Assembly: GCA_016187405.1 (NCBI GenBank) | Contig: JACPJS010000004.1 | Location: 1-47,473 of the forward strand | From: Candidatus Aenigmatarchaeota archaeon | Lineage (GTDB): Archaea; Aenigmatarchaeota; Aenigmatarchaeia; CG10238-14; SCSR01 | Reading direction: 5' to 3' | DNA length: 47,473 bases | The notes under the pieces: generated by a model | Told to the model about the DNA's origin: nothing | Databases searched by the model: none | The model's input: the letters and a program-made list of their open reading frames with translations, nothing else | Position numbers and translations under genes: made by a program | Part shown: positions 9,228 to 17,812 of the stretch, one piece after another | Layout: each line of letters opens with the position of its first letter | Position numbering within the stretch: the first letter of the stretch is position 1

Positions 9228-10082
9228 ATGTCATTTCGAATAGGTCAAGTACTTCAACTAAGTCTTTTTAGTCTTGTTTTATCTTGCACAACTGGGGTAG
9301 CGCAGGCACCAAATTCACCAATACCAACAGTGCCTCCTCAAAGAGAGATAGAAATACAAAATGCTACAAAATGCGAGACACAAAAGGTTGTTAGAGGTCA
9401 TTATCAATGGAACTGGTCCGATGGAACATGCTTTTTTGTACCTGCTGTGTCAATAGATTGCAAAAATTGCAGTAAGGAAAAATTAACTGAATTACAAAAA
9501 ATATTCGATGCAGGATACGATCAAGCTTTGAAAGGCTTTGGAATGGAACCTTACGAAAATCCTCGTTTTAGAGGACTTCATGTAAAAATTCACGAAAATC
9601 ATCTACAGTTTGGTCTAAACCATAGTCCATCAGATGCTTATCGAATCTATGAAGGACCTGGAGCAATCGCACATGAGATTACTCACGAATTCGATATCTA
9701 TTTACTGGGAGATCACGGTCAATCATGGTACGCAGAAGGCTTGGCCGACTACATCGATGATGGTGTAATAAGAAAGAATGCACAGAAAGTTATCAACGAT
9801 GTTAAAAAGGATCCAGAATTCTGGACAAAATATCCTGAATGGAAGGAAGTCCATGATACAGGTGCCCTTTACTTCGGTGAATTGATAAACAAAGGATTGA
9901 CGCCAGAGAAAAACAGATTGGCTCTTAAATATCTCCATGATACACGACCGTATCAAGGGTCTAGATGGGCATCCCCAAAAATCATAAATGCCGCTTACGA
10001 AAAAGCATTGGGATTGAATTCGGGTGAACTTGATTATCTTTTAGCGCTACTGAAACCAGGGTTAGACGCAAATAGACGTTAA
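9228..10082 (+). CDS. Putative lipoprotein zinc metallopeptidase (gluzincin, clan MA-like)
   Basis: VLSC lipobox-like; AHEITHEF then WYAEGLADY third-ligand motif. Confidence 0.75.
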   Translation: MSFRIGQVLQLSLFSLVLSCTTGVAQAPNSPIPTVPPQREIEIQNATKCETQKVVRGHYQWNWSDGTCFFVPAVSIDCKNCSKEKLTELQKIFDAGYDQALKGFGMEPYENPRFRGLHVKIHENHLQFGLNHSPSDAYRIYEGPGAIAHEITHEFDIYLLGDHGQSWYAEGLADYIDDGVIRKNAQKVINDVKKDPEFWTKYPEWKEVHDTGALYFGELINKGLTPEKNRLALKYLHDTRPYQGSRWASPKIINAAYEKALGLNSGELDYLLALLKPGLDANRR

Positions 10083-10115
10083 CAACTGGAAATTTAACAG
10101 ATATAATTAAACAAG

Positions 10116-10186
10116 TGGGTCCGAGGAGAATTGAACTCCTGCCTCGTCCACGTCAAAGACACGTCCTACCACTAGACTACGGACCC
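10116..10186 (-). tRNA. tRNA-Val(GAC)
   Basis: Cloverleaf GGGTCCG/CGGACCC, anticodon loop TT-GAC-GT, T-arm AGGAG-TTCAATT-CTCCT; CCA not encoded. Confidence 0.93.
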
Positions 10187-10190
10187 ATGC

Positions 10191-10685
10191 TTAAACTTTG
10201 TACAGATATGAATAAAAATGTCCTGTTCTTATTTTCCTAACCTCCTTCCAGCCTTCTATAGGATGACTGGTTGAAACAATTCTAGTTCCTTTCTTCAGTT
10301 TCAACAATTTCGGTTTCAATCTCTGTGTAAGTTTGTGCGAGAGATACATCACAACCACGGTAGCATCTGATATGTTCTGTTTGAATATGTCGTTGTGGAT
10401 TATTTTTTTTCCCGGATTCTTCATACGGGACAACCAGACCATGAATCGATTTTTTTCTATCCCAATTGACTTTGCGTTGAATTCTTTTGATGCGATACTA
10501 ACAATTCTACCGTCACCTGAGCCTAAATCATATACAACATCATTTTTCTTCACATTCGCAAGTCTCAACATCTTTCTTATCGTATCTTTTGGCAAAGGAA
10601 TTGGTGGCGCTTCGTTTCTGACAAGTTCCAACCACAACCAAACAAGAAATGGAATAGGAATTAATGTCAACCAATACAAATCCAT
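10191..10685 (-). CDS. Class I SAM-dependent methyltransferase with N-terminal TM (FAM173/DOT1-like)
   Basis: VYDLGSGDGRIV, GIE, ATVVVMYL, GTRIVS. Confidence 0.85.
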   Translation of the reverse strand: MDLYWLTLIPIPFLVWLWLELVRNEAPPIPLPKDTIRKMLRLANVKKNDVVYDLGSGDGRIVSIASKEFNAKSIGIEKNRFMVWLSRMKNPGKKIIHNDIFKQNISDATVVVMYLSHKLTQRLKPKLLKLKKGTRIVSTSHPIEGWKEVRKIRTGHFYSYLYKV

Positions 10686-10712
10686 AAATAGCTTTTCGTT
10701 TATTGTTTATTT

Positions 10713-11078
10713 ATGGCAAGAGGTACTTTCCAAGGAGACGATATAAATATTTACCTAACTCCGGATGAAATAACAAATTTAGGGTTTTTGGAGATCAGGC
10801 GTGTTGGTAGTCGTGGCAGATTGGCTCATCCTCCACTTGAAGTTGAACTGGTAACCGATGGAGGATTAGTAAAAGCGACGATAGAAGTTACAAAATTGCA
10901 ACAACCTGAAAGATACAGTGACCATATAAAAGTTGATAGACGTCCAGAAGGTTTCTATATTCAAATTGATGAAATAGCCCATGACAGAATGCATTATGAC
11001 AGGCCAGATGATAGAAGGCATCCGCTTGCTGAAACTAGATACAACGGTTCTGACAAAGTAAGTTTTTGGTTAGAGTAA
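10713..11078 (+). CDS. Hypothetical protein
   Basis: 121-aa ORF filling the gap before the tRNA; no recognised motif. Confidence 0.55.
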   Translation: MARGTFQGDDINIYLTPDEITNLGFLEIRRVGSRGRLAHPPLEVELVTDGGLVKATIEVTKLQQPERYSDHIKVDRRPEGFYIQIDEIAHDRMHYDRPDDRRHPLAETRYNGSDKVSFWLE

Positions 11079-11080
11079 GG

Positions 11081-11198
11081 CGCTGAAGGCGAGATTTGAA
11101 CTCGCAAGCAGCAAGCTGCGCTGGTTTAGCAAACTTACACGATATAAGGCTTTTACACCTATACATCTCAGTGCCATACCAGGTTAGGCGACTTCAGC
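11081..11198 (-). tRNA. tRNA-Ser(GCT) with 34-nt intron at position 29/30 (intron 11135-11168)
   Basis: Acceptor GCTGAAG/CTTCAGC-G, long variable arm GCAGC/GCTGC; anticodon stem CTG|GT/ACCAG forms only after intron removal; loop TT-GCT-AA. Confidence 0.9.
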
Positions 11199-11281
11199 AT
11201 ACATAAAAGATAACAGTTGAAATTTATAAAATGTTATTAGAATGCTTAAATCTTTAACTATCTTCTATTTGTTTAGATTAT

Positions 11282-11614
11282 ATGGTACAAAGGTATTTCC
11301 CTGAGAGTGCGATCGAACTTAGATCTCCCCTAAATGGTGAGAGAATTATTGCAGGAACAGGTGATATAATACAATTAAGAAATTCTCGAACTGGGGGTAG
11401 TGTTGCGGGTTATGTTAGAGAAATTCATGCACGCAGCGTTACTCTTTCACACGAAGATCCGTATTTTAGAACAAAATATCTATGGCATGTTGTTCTTGGA
11501 ATGCATGATTATCACAAGTTTTTTCCAGGGGATAGAAGTTATGATTTGAGAAAATTCGATGAATTTGAAGTGTTGAAAAAACATCCCAACAATGTAGCGC
11601 CTCATAATAAATAA
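11282..11614 (+). CDS. Hypothetical protein
   Basis: 110-aa ORF, SH3-like beta pattern (GDIIQL...GYVREI...VTL); no firm family. Confidence 0.55.
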   Translation: MVQRYFPESAIELRSPLNGERIIAGTGDIIQLRNSRTGGSVAGYVREIHARSVTLSHEDPYFRTKYLWHVVLGMHDYHKFFPGDRSYDLRKFDEFEVLKKHPNNVAPHNK

Positions 11615-11723
11615 ATTCTATCTTTTTCGTTTTGAAAATTTTTTATTATTCAGAAATATAACCTCACCATGAAAAAACAAATATTTAAACTAGTTTTACC
11701 AAATAACATAAGGTGAATGAAAA

Positions 11724-12020
11724 ATGCCAGTATCTGTAAGAGAAGTTTCTGATATGTTATCAAAGGATGTTTTCACAAACAAGGGATTTTACGTAGGTAA
11801 GATCAGTGAAATGGAATTTGATTTGACAAAATTCAAGGTAAGAGCGCTAGTTATCGAGGCAGCAAAGAGTTCGACAGTAGGAAAGATGATTGGCGGAAAG
11901 AGAGGAGTAGTAGTTCCTTATTCCATGGTGCAGTCAGTCGGAGATGTCGTGATAATGAAGCACATCAACGAGAACCTTCCTGAAGGGGAAGAGTTGGAAG
12001 CAGCTCCTGTTGGAAGATAA
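11724..12020 (+). CDS. PRC-barrel protein, CdpB-like cell-division candidate
   Basis: VFTNKGFYVGKI.E..FD...VRAL and GVVVPYSMVQSVGDVVIMK; SD AGGTGA. Confidence 0.85.
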   Translation: MPVSVREVSDMLSKDVFTNKGFYVGKISEMEFDLTKFKVRALVIEAAKSSTVGKMIGGKRGVVVPYSMVQSVGDVVIMKHINENLPEGEELEAAPVGR

Positions 12021-12028
12021 ATTCTAAA

Positions 12029-12304
12029 TTAACTTCTAATTTGAACAGACTTTTCTAAAGCGTCAGCAGCATCTCTCAATCCAATCCAGTATCTTGCTTT
12101 ACCTTCGACTATATATTTGTCATTTGGTTTGTAGAATCTCCCACGAAACTCTCGCCATCTTCCTTGAACAAAATCATATCCTTCGTCATCAACGCCAGTG
12201 ATAAATCCCAATAATTCATGTGCAGGATCCAATCTTTGTAGTCTTCTATAATCTTGTATAATCAACGAAATTACAGCATCGTGATCACTTGCTATGTCAC
12301 TCAT
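12029..12304 (-). CDS. Hypothetical protein
   Basis: 91-aa ORF; TATA-like element upstream. Confidence 0.55.
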   Translation of the reverse strand: MSDIASDHDAVISLIIQDYRRLQRLDPAHELLGFITGVDDEGYDFVQGRWREFRGRFYKPNDKYIVEGKARYWIGLRDAADALEKSVQIRS

Positions 12305-12359
12305 AAAATTAATACTAACATTAAAGATTTAAGCATCTTAGAATTGCATAGAAAATTCT

Positions 12360-12397
12360 AAAAGGAAAAAGAGTAAAGGGGTGAAATAAATTTCACC
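12360..12397 (-). terminator. Hairpin plus T-rich tract after the ftsZ transcription unit
   Basis: GGTGAAAT/ATTTCACC inverted repeat at 12380-12397, followed on the - strand by CCTTTACTCTTTTTCCTTTT. Confidence 0.5.
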
Positions 12398-12462
12398 TAC
12401 CCTTCTTCAAATATGTCCATTTCTTCTACTTCTTCAAACGGATCCCATATGTCGTCTTCCAT
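12397..12462 (-). CDS. Candidate 21-aa acidic micropeptide MEDDIWDPFEEVEEMDIFEEG
   Basis: ATG at 12462, TAG at 12397; SD-like AAAGGGGG upstream; 50 nt downstream of the ftsZ stop. Confidence 0.55.
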   Translation of the reverse strand: MEDDIWDPFEEVEEMDIFEEG

Positions 12463-12512
12463 TTTCTTCGCCCCCTTTCGGTTAGATTAAATGTAGTAAG
12501 AGAGGCTGGGCC

Positions 12513-13664
12513 TCATCTTATTACATCAATTCCTAGAGAGTGACTGATTTCCCTTACGACAGGTGCTTCTCTCATTACCGGACCTAGGATGTACGGTGAA
12601 CGGACGCCTGTTATGATGGCTATTACTTGAACCTTGCCTTCGAACTCTGGAAGAATTCTAGCCCCCCAGAATACTTGTGCTGTTGGGTCAAGATGTCTTG
12701 CGACAGTTTCACCAATCAAGTTGACTTCGTCTAACTTGAGATCTGGTCCACCTGCAATGTGAACTAGTGCTCCTGAAGCTCCAGTGTAGTCAACTTCCAA
12801 CAATGGGTTTTGCAATGCTTTTGTAATTGCATCCTCTGCCCTGTTGCTCGAGCTGCTTTCACCTACTCCAATTGCTGCTACTCCACCTGAGTGCATCAGA
12901 GCTCTAACGTCTGCGTAGTCAAGATTGACCAGGCTTGGTAGAGTTATAGTTTCTGTGATTCCCTTTACCATGCTTGCGATTAACTCGTCAGCCACACCAA
13001 ATGCTTGTTGTACAGACAGGTTGCCTGCATATTTCAACAGTTTGTCATTTTCTATGACGATTGCAGTGTCTGATACCTGTCTTACCGCAGCCAAACCCTC
13101 TTCGGCTTTGTTTATTCTTGCCCCTTCTAGTTTGAAAGGCATTGTAACTACTGCGATGACAATCGCACCAAGTGACTTGGCGATCTCACATGCAATGGAA
13201 ACGGATCCAGTACCAGTTCCCTTTCCTAATCCAGCGATTGCGAATACAAGATCTGAACCATCAAGTTGTGCCTTGATATCATTTCTAGATTCTTCTGCTG
13301 ATTTTCGTCCGATGTCAGGAATACCTCCTGCTCCGAGGCCTCTTGTCAGTTCTCTTCCGATCAAGATTTTCTTGTCAGCTTTACCGACTGCCAAGTGTTT
13401 AGCGTCAGTGTTGATCGATACTGTATTTGCACCCTCGACTCCCATTTCTGTCAATCGAGTAACTGCGTTCTGTCCAGCACCCCCACAACCAATGACTGTA
13501 ACTTTAGCTTTCTTGACGGAGAAACCGAATTCTTGTTCTGCCAGTTTGTAGTAATCTACATTGCTGTATGTCGCACCTGAGCTTGACTCAAGTTTGAATC
13601 TATTCTGTAGAGTCTCACCCTGACCCTGGGAATTTCCCAGTACTTTTCTTACGATGCTGTCCAT
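12513..13664 (-). CDS. ftsZ: Cell division protein FtsZ, FtsZ2-type
   Basis: GCGGAG.N, NTD, GLGAGG.P, T7 loop NLDYAD, WGARI...GKVQV, C-terminal LGIDVIR; SD AGGAGG. Confidence 0.95.
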   Translation of the reverse strand: MDSIVRKVLGNSQGQGETLQNRFKLESSSGATYSNVDYYKLAEQEFGFSVKKAKVTVIGCGGAGQNAVTRLTEMGVEGANTVSINTDAKHLAVGKADKKILIGRELTRGLGAGGIPDIGRKSAEESRNDIKAQLDGSDLVFAIAGLGKGTGTGSVSIACEIAKSLGAIVIAVVTMPFKLEGARINKAEEGLAAVRQVSDTAIVIENDKLLKYAGNLSVQQAFGVADELIASMVKGITETITLPSLVNLDYADVRALMHSGGVAAIGVGESSSSNRAEDAITKALQNPLLEVDYTGASGALVHIAGGPDLKLDEVNLIGETVARHLDPTAQVFWGARILPEFEGKVQVIAIITGVRSPYILGPVMREAPVVREISHSLGIDVIR

Positions 13665-14042
13665 GTTTTTCTCCTCCTATCTCTTGCAAAACATATTTTG
13701 CGTAATCGAAAACTCTTTATTAAGAGATTTTCAATTAATGTTACGAGAAATGGAATTGGAGAAATAGTTGTAACTTAGAATTAAACTATACGTCACACAC
13801 AAAACACACACGAGTAACAATTATTTCGTTCTGATTTATATATACTTATTGTAAATTCCATTCTATATTTTTCACAACATACATTTCAAATTTCGTCATT
13901 TTCTAGAATGTTGTAGGCTTTGTTTATTCGTCAATCAGATGCATTTTACGATTGTGCACAAAAAAAATTCATATACAACACGTTGTAATCACAATTTTTT
14001 CCTTCGAAAATGTTTAAGTTGTAGAAAAATCAAAATGATTTC

Positions 14043-14585
14043 ATGGTTTTAGATTTTTCCCCAATTCAAACTGAAATTTTATTCAAACTTTTGGTAGCCA
14101 CAGGTATAGGTGCTTTGATAGGATTGGAGAGGGAATTAAAATATAGTCCTGTTGGAATCAAGACTTATTCTATCATAGGTCTTGGTTCGTGCCTTTTCAC
14201 GATTTTATCAGGTTTGGCAAATCAGGATTTTGTCGGGGGTATCGTTACTGGTGTCGGTTTCCTTGGCGCAGGTGCAATTTTCAAGAGTGACAAGGGAGTA
14301 AGAGGTCTCACAACGGCAGCTTTGGTCTGGATATCGGCAGCCTTAGGCATGGCGATAGGTTTTGGCTACTTTACATTAGCGTTGTTCGGAACTGTGATAG
14401 TTTACGTAATTTTGATAATCATTGGTTACATCGAAAGGAAATATATTTCAAGGATAGCTCAGGAAGGCGGTCTCGATATAGAAAGGGCTAAAAGAACTAT
14501 TGACTCCCTTTCAAAGTACTTGGATGAGACTAAGAAACACATCAAAAGCCTTCATAAAAAACAAAAGAAACCATCAACCAAATGA
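14043..14585 (+). CDS. MgtC/SapB family membrane protein
   Basis: GALIGLERE, GIKTY, IVTGVGFLGAGAI, GLTTAA.VW. Confidence 0.92.
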   Translation: MVLDFSPIQTEILFKLLVATGIGALIGLERELKYSPVGIKTYSIIGLGSCLFTILSGLANQDFVGGIVTGVGFLGAGAIFKSDKGVRGLTTAALVWISAALGMAIGFGYFTLALFGTVIVYVILIIIGYIERKYISRIAQEGGLDIERAKRTIDSLSKYLDETKKHIKSLHKKQKKPSTK

Positions 14586-15542
14586 TAATTCCATCTGATT
14601 CTCATCTGTCTTTACTCTTCTATGCCTGACAGTCTTGTATTTTTCGAACCAATCCTTCACTTCATCGCCGAAAATAGGATGCATTACCTGACCAATCACA
14701 CCTGAAGTGCCGTCTCTGCCAAAATCTTTCTGTCTGTAATAATCTAATGCAACAATGTCAGTTCCTCCAACAAATTCGGTCTCATCTATATCAACAGCTC
14801 TACCATCTCTTATCACATAACCCCTTATCGCACGTTCACCTTTCTTTTTTTCGTATTTTTGAGCGAATTTCACTTGTTCTCTTCCCAATGCAGGTGCCGA
14901 ATACTGATGCCATTCTTTACTCATCCTTTTTATTCCACATACCAAATCTTTTCGAGGAACATCTCCTGAAAGCAATCTATCAATCTCAGTCTGTGCAAAA
15001 TTTCTGGCTGAAGAGTAATCTCTCTGAACCAGTGTCCGATTTACAAGTTGTTCAACAAAATTTCTTTCATAATTAGTTCTGTCACGAAAATGCCAATCAT
15101 ATCCGGGAGTTTTAAGATTACCACCGACGTATGCAATTACCCTTCCATCTCCAACAAGTATACATTGTCCTGTTCCCAGTTCAATCATATTTGGATATTC
15201 AGTCCCATCATTGTCAACAAAGACAAAAATACCAGCTACTGTAACTATTTTTTCCTTTTGCAATTCTTGTACAAACCTTTCTTTCGTAGTTTCTATCCAT
15301 GAATTGACTTGTTCCTTCCAAAATCCATGAATACCGTAGAAAACATTATCGTCCTTTGATTCTAGATCTTCCATTATGACTGCAGAAGCCTTTTCCATCC
15401 TTCTTGCCCAAGTTACCCTTCCAGTATTATCTTGAGGAACGTGATTGAACGTTCTGTAGAATCTGGATTTCAAATAAGGAGCAAGAGCTGTAGGGAAGAA
15501 CGGTATATGAAGAACTTTAACGTCGTATACGCCTAGATTCAT
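14574..15542 (-). CDS. Degenerate family-B polymerase palm/fingers/thumb-like protein with C-terminal PIP-like motif
   Basis: LGVYDVKVLH (motif A position), NVFYGIHG (motif B-like), KDLV..IKRMSK.W.QY (thumb-like), ends QMELSFG; ATGA overlap with the upstream exonuclease gene. Confidence 0.55.
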   Translation of the reverse strand: MNLGVYDVKVLHIPFFPTALAPYLKSRFYRTFNHVPQDNTGRVTWARRMEKASAVIMEDLESKDDNVFYGIHGFWKEQVNSWIETTKERFVQELQKEKIVTVAGIFVFVDNDGTEYPNMIELGTGQCILVGDGRVIAYVGGNLKTPGYDWHFRDRTNYERNFVEQLVNRTLVQRDYSSARNFAQTEIDRLLSGDVPRKDLVCGIKRMSKEWHQYSAPALGREQVKFAQKYEKKKGERAIRGYVIRDGRAVDIDETEFVGGTDIVALDYYRQKDFGRDGTSGVIGQVMHPIFGDEVKDWFEKYKTVRHRRVKTDENQMELSFG

Positions 15543-16780
15543 CCTTTCATCCCCAAAATCACCAGTTTCTTATCGTTCATATCGATGGAAGGCTGTCTTC
15601 TTTCACCCAAAGTCAACAGACTTCTTTGAGTTCTCACAGAATAATAATTCGTCACAGAGTTACCAGTGAAACATACTGTAGTAGGATCTGTTTCAAAATC
15701 TATAGCCTCAATTACAATCTGTGGTAAATCTAGTTGTCCTATTCGAACAGTTGTTAATGTATCCCTTGCACAATATCGTGCAATCTTAAATGCAACACCC
15801 CTGTCGTACTTTGCCCTTTCACCAAGTACGTCGAATTCATCTCCTTTGATTTCCTTTTCCATAGGTATTCCATGGTTTTGGGCTACAGTTGGTAATGTGT
15901 TGTTTGGCAATCCGAGATTATTTCTGGACCATGCAAGTGTATCTATCACAAATCTACCATCCACAACTACCTTGTCTGTTTGATTCTTCTCTTTTCCTGC
16001 TCTGAATGAATGGAAACCTGGAATGCCACCTTCAATCCTAGGTTCTGTTCCACCTATTCCAATTCTAAAATCACCACTTCTTCTCAAATGCGGTAAATCA
16101 AAATCCATCAGGTTATGTCCATAAATCCACAAAGGATCCTTTTCTATTATATCCTGCTTGACCAATTCTACCAGTCCCGGAATCGAATCAGCTCTCTCAA
16201 CTCTGAAATGATGACCATCAATATCCATCCAATCCGTACCAGTATCATAAAGTGTGAAAATCGTGTTACCTTTGCCACTGACCCCAGCAACCATGTATAT
16301 TAGCGGATTGTCGGTGTTCATACCGGTCAATTCAATGTCTAGTCCATAGAACGTATCTTGCAGAAGATGTTCAGGTCTGACCTTGCGCATTGTTACAGTT
16401 CCATTTTTTATGGCAAGCAGAGGAGGATATCTCAATTTCAACGATACTTCTGGCTTTGAAACCATTCTATATACCTTAGTCGCCTTCTTGAATTCTAAAT
16501 CAGATTTGAGCTCTCTTGGACCGTAAAGTACAACAACATACATTGATCCCGAATTGAAAATTCTCGGATTATATTGCACCAATGAGGTGCCTCTCAGAGA
16601 TTTTTCCAGTTCGTCTGCCTCGATGAAAGAGAGTCTATCACTGACGAAATGATCATCCATATCACGTTCGACTACATGAGAATGTCCTTGATAATCCCTG
16701 ACATATAACAAAGTTTTTCTACCTGAATCAGGATTCTTCACTCTGATATCTAAAAGGAAACCGTCTTTGACTTCATCCAT
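15539..16780 (-). CDS. PolB-type N-terminal plus 3'-5' (DnaQ/DEDDy) exonuclease domain protein
   Basis: ExoI LDIE, ExoII GHNLMDFDLPHL, DGRFVIDT, ExoIII YCARD; N-terminal FLLDI...LYVRD. Confidence 0.85.
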   Translation of the reverse strand: MDEVKDGFLLDIRVKNPDSGRKTLLYVRDYQGHSHVVERDMDDHFVSDRLSFIEADELEKSLRGTSLVQYNPRIFNSGSMYVVVLYGPRELKSDLEFKKATKVYRMVSKPEVSLKLRYPPLLAIKNGTVTMRKVRPEHLLQDTFYGLDIELTGMNTDNPLIYMVAGVSGKGNTIFTLYDTGTDWMDIDGHHFRVERADSIPGLVELVKQDIIEKDPLWIYGHNLMDFDLPHLRRSGDFRIGIGGTEPRIEGGIPGFHSFRAGKEKNQTDKVVVDGRFVIDTLAWSRNNLGLPNNTLPTVAQNHGIPMEKEIKGDEFDVLGERAKYDRGVAFKIARYCARDTLTTVRIGQLDLPQIVIEAIDFETDPTTVCFTGNSVTNYYSVRTQRSLLTLGERRQPSIDMNDKKLVILGMKG

Positions 16781-16802
16781 AAAGATGAATCTCTGATAAG
16801 GA

Positions 16803-16809
16803 ATTTAAG
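16803..16809. promoter_or_regulatory. Shared bidirectional TATA box of two divergent leaderless operons
   Basis: ATTTAAG lies about 25 nt from both start codons (16780 - and 16831 +) in a 50-nt gap. Confidence 0.55.
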
Positions 16810-16830
16810 CCTTAGATTTGCTGTAGTTTT

Positions 16831-17808
16831 ATGCCACGTGTCATATCGTCGACAAGAACACTGACGAATCCAGTTTTGATAGACAGGTTGCTATTCGTAT
16901 TGTTGCCTTTGTTGGATGATAGACCATTCTTTCCATCAAGAGAAAATAAATATGCAGAAATGTTCAGGCAGTCTCAAGAAAGAGTCCAAGAAAAACCGAT
17001 AGGTGCATTGAAACTAGGACATGATTATCATGCACAGTTGAAAGACCATATTGGAGATCTTGTAGACAAAGTCGTCATTCATACGACAGGAGTTTCGGTA
17101 GATTACACACAGGGAAGATATCCTAGGCACTTGGGAATAGATCCGATGAGTGAAAGAAACAGGTTGTATGCCGAGATTCAGAGTTTGATGCACAAGATTG
17201 GTGTCGAATGGAAATATGACGGTGAATTTCCTAAAGAATTATTCGTTTGGATACCAGTTGCACATGAAGTTCATCCTCTTGTTGTAAGAAGAGATGATTC
17301 ATTACAACATGCGTTCCCAACCGCAGTGAAACATGCAAATTCTATAGCAGAAGGAGAAAACAGGAAAACTTTCGGAGATTTGAAAAGAGAACTAGGTGAC
17401 GAAGATTTCAAGAAAGGAAATTATTTATTTTCACCAGCGCTTTTCGATGTGGATGTAGCTAAAAGATTTTATCTTGATGTAGACGAGGGGCAACTTCAAA
17501 CCTCTCTAACTTTCAACAGATATCTTCTGGGAAACGCATTTGCAAAATTGATGTTGAAATATCTGGAACATGCTGATGGAATCAAAGGAATGATAAACAT
17601 CTATTCCGAACGTGGATCTTATGCATATGATGTTATGAAGATTGCTCAAACAGTTCTCAGAAGGAAATATGGTCAGATGTTTACAATAAACGATTTCGGA
17701 GGAATAATGAGGAATGCCGAGATGCCACAAGAAGCTGAAGCACACATATCTTCATTGAGAATATTGGAAGGTGCAATTAAGAGTTCAGCAAGGAAATATG
17801 CAAGGTGA
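16831..17808 (+). CDS. Hypothetical protein (325 aa)
   Basis: Long ORF; its end AGGTGA doubles as SD for the next gene. Confidence 0.7.
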   Translation: MPRVISSTRTLTNPVLIDRLLFVLLPLLDDRPFFPSRENKYAEMFRQSQERVQEKPIGALKLGHDYHAQLKDHIGDLVDKVVIHTTGVSVDYTQGRYPRHLGIDPMSERNRLYAEIQSLMHKIGVEWKYDGEFPKELFVWIPVAHEVHPLVVRRDDSLQHAFPTAVKHANSIAEGENRKTFGDLKRELGDEDFKKGNYLFSPALFDVDVAKRFYLDVDEGQLQTSLTFNRYLLGNAFAKLMLKYLEHADGIKGMINIYSERGSYAYDVMKIAQTVLRRKYGQMFTINDFGGIMRNAEMPQEAEAHISSLRILEGAIKSSARKYAR

Positions 17809-17812
17809 TTAA

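Noticed and set aside
12925-13551. 208-aa ORF antisense to ftsZ, and similar shadows over gatA, mcm, rnhB and others
   Set aside because: Mirror frames of conserved genes, with no motifs or start signals.
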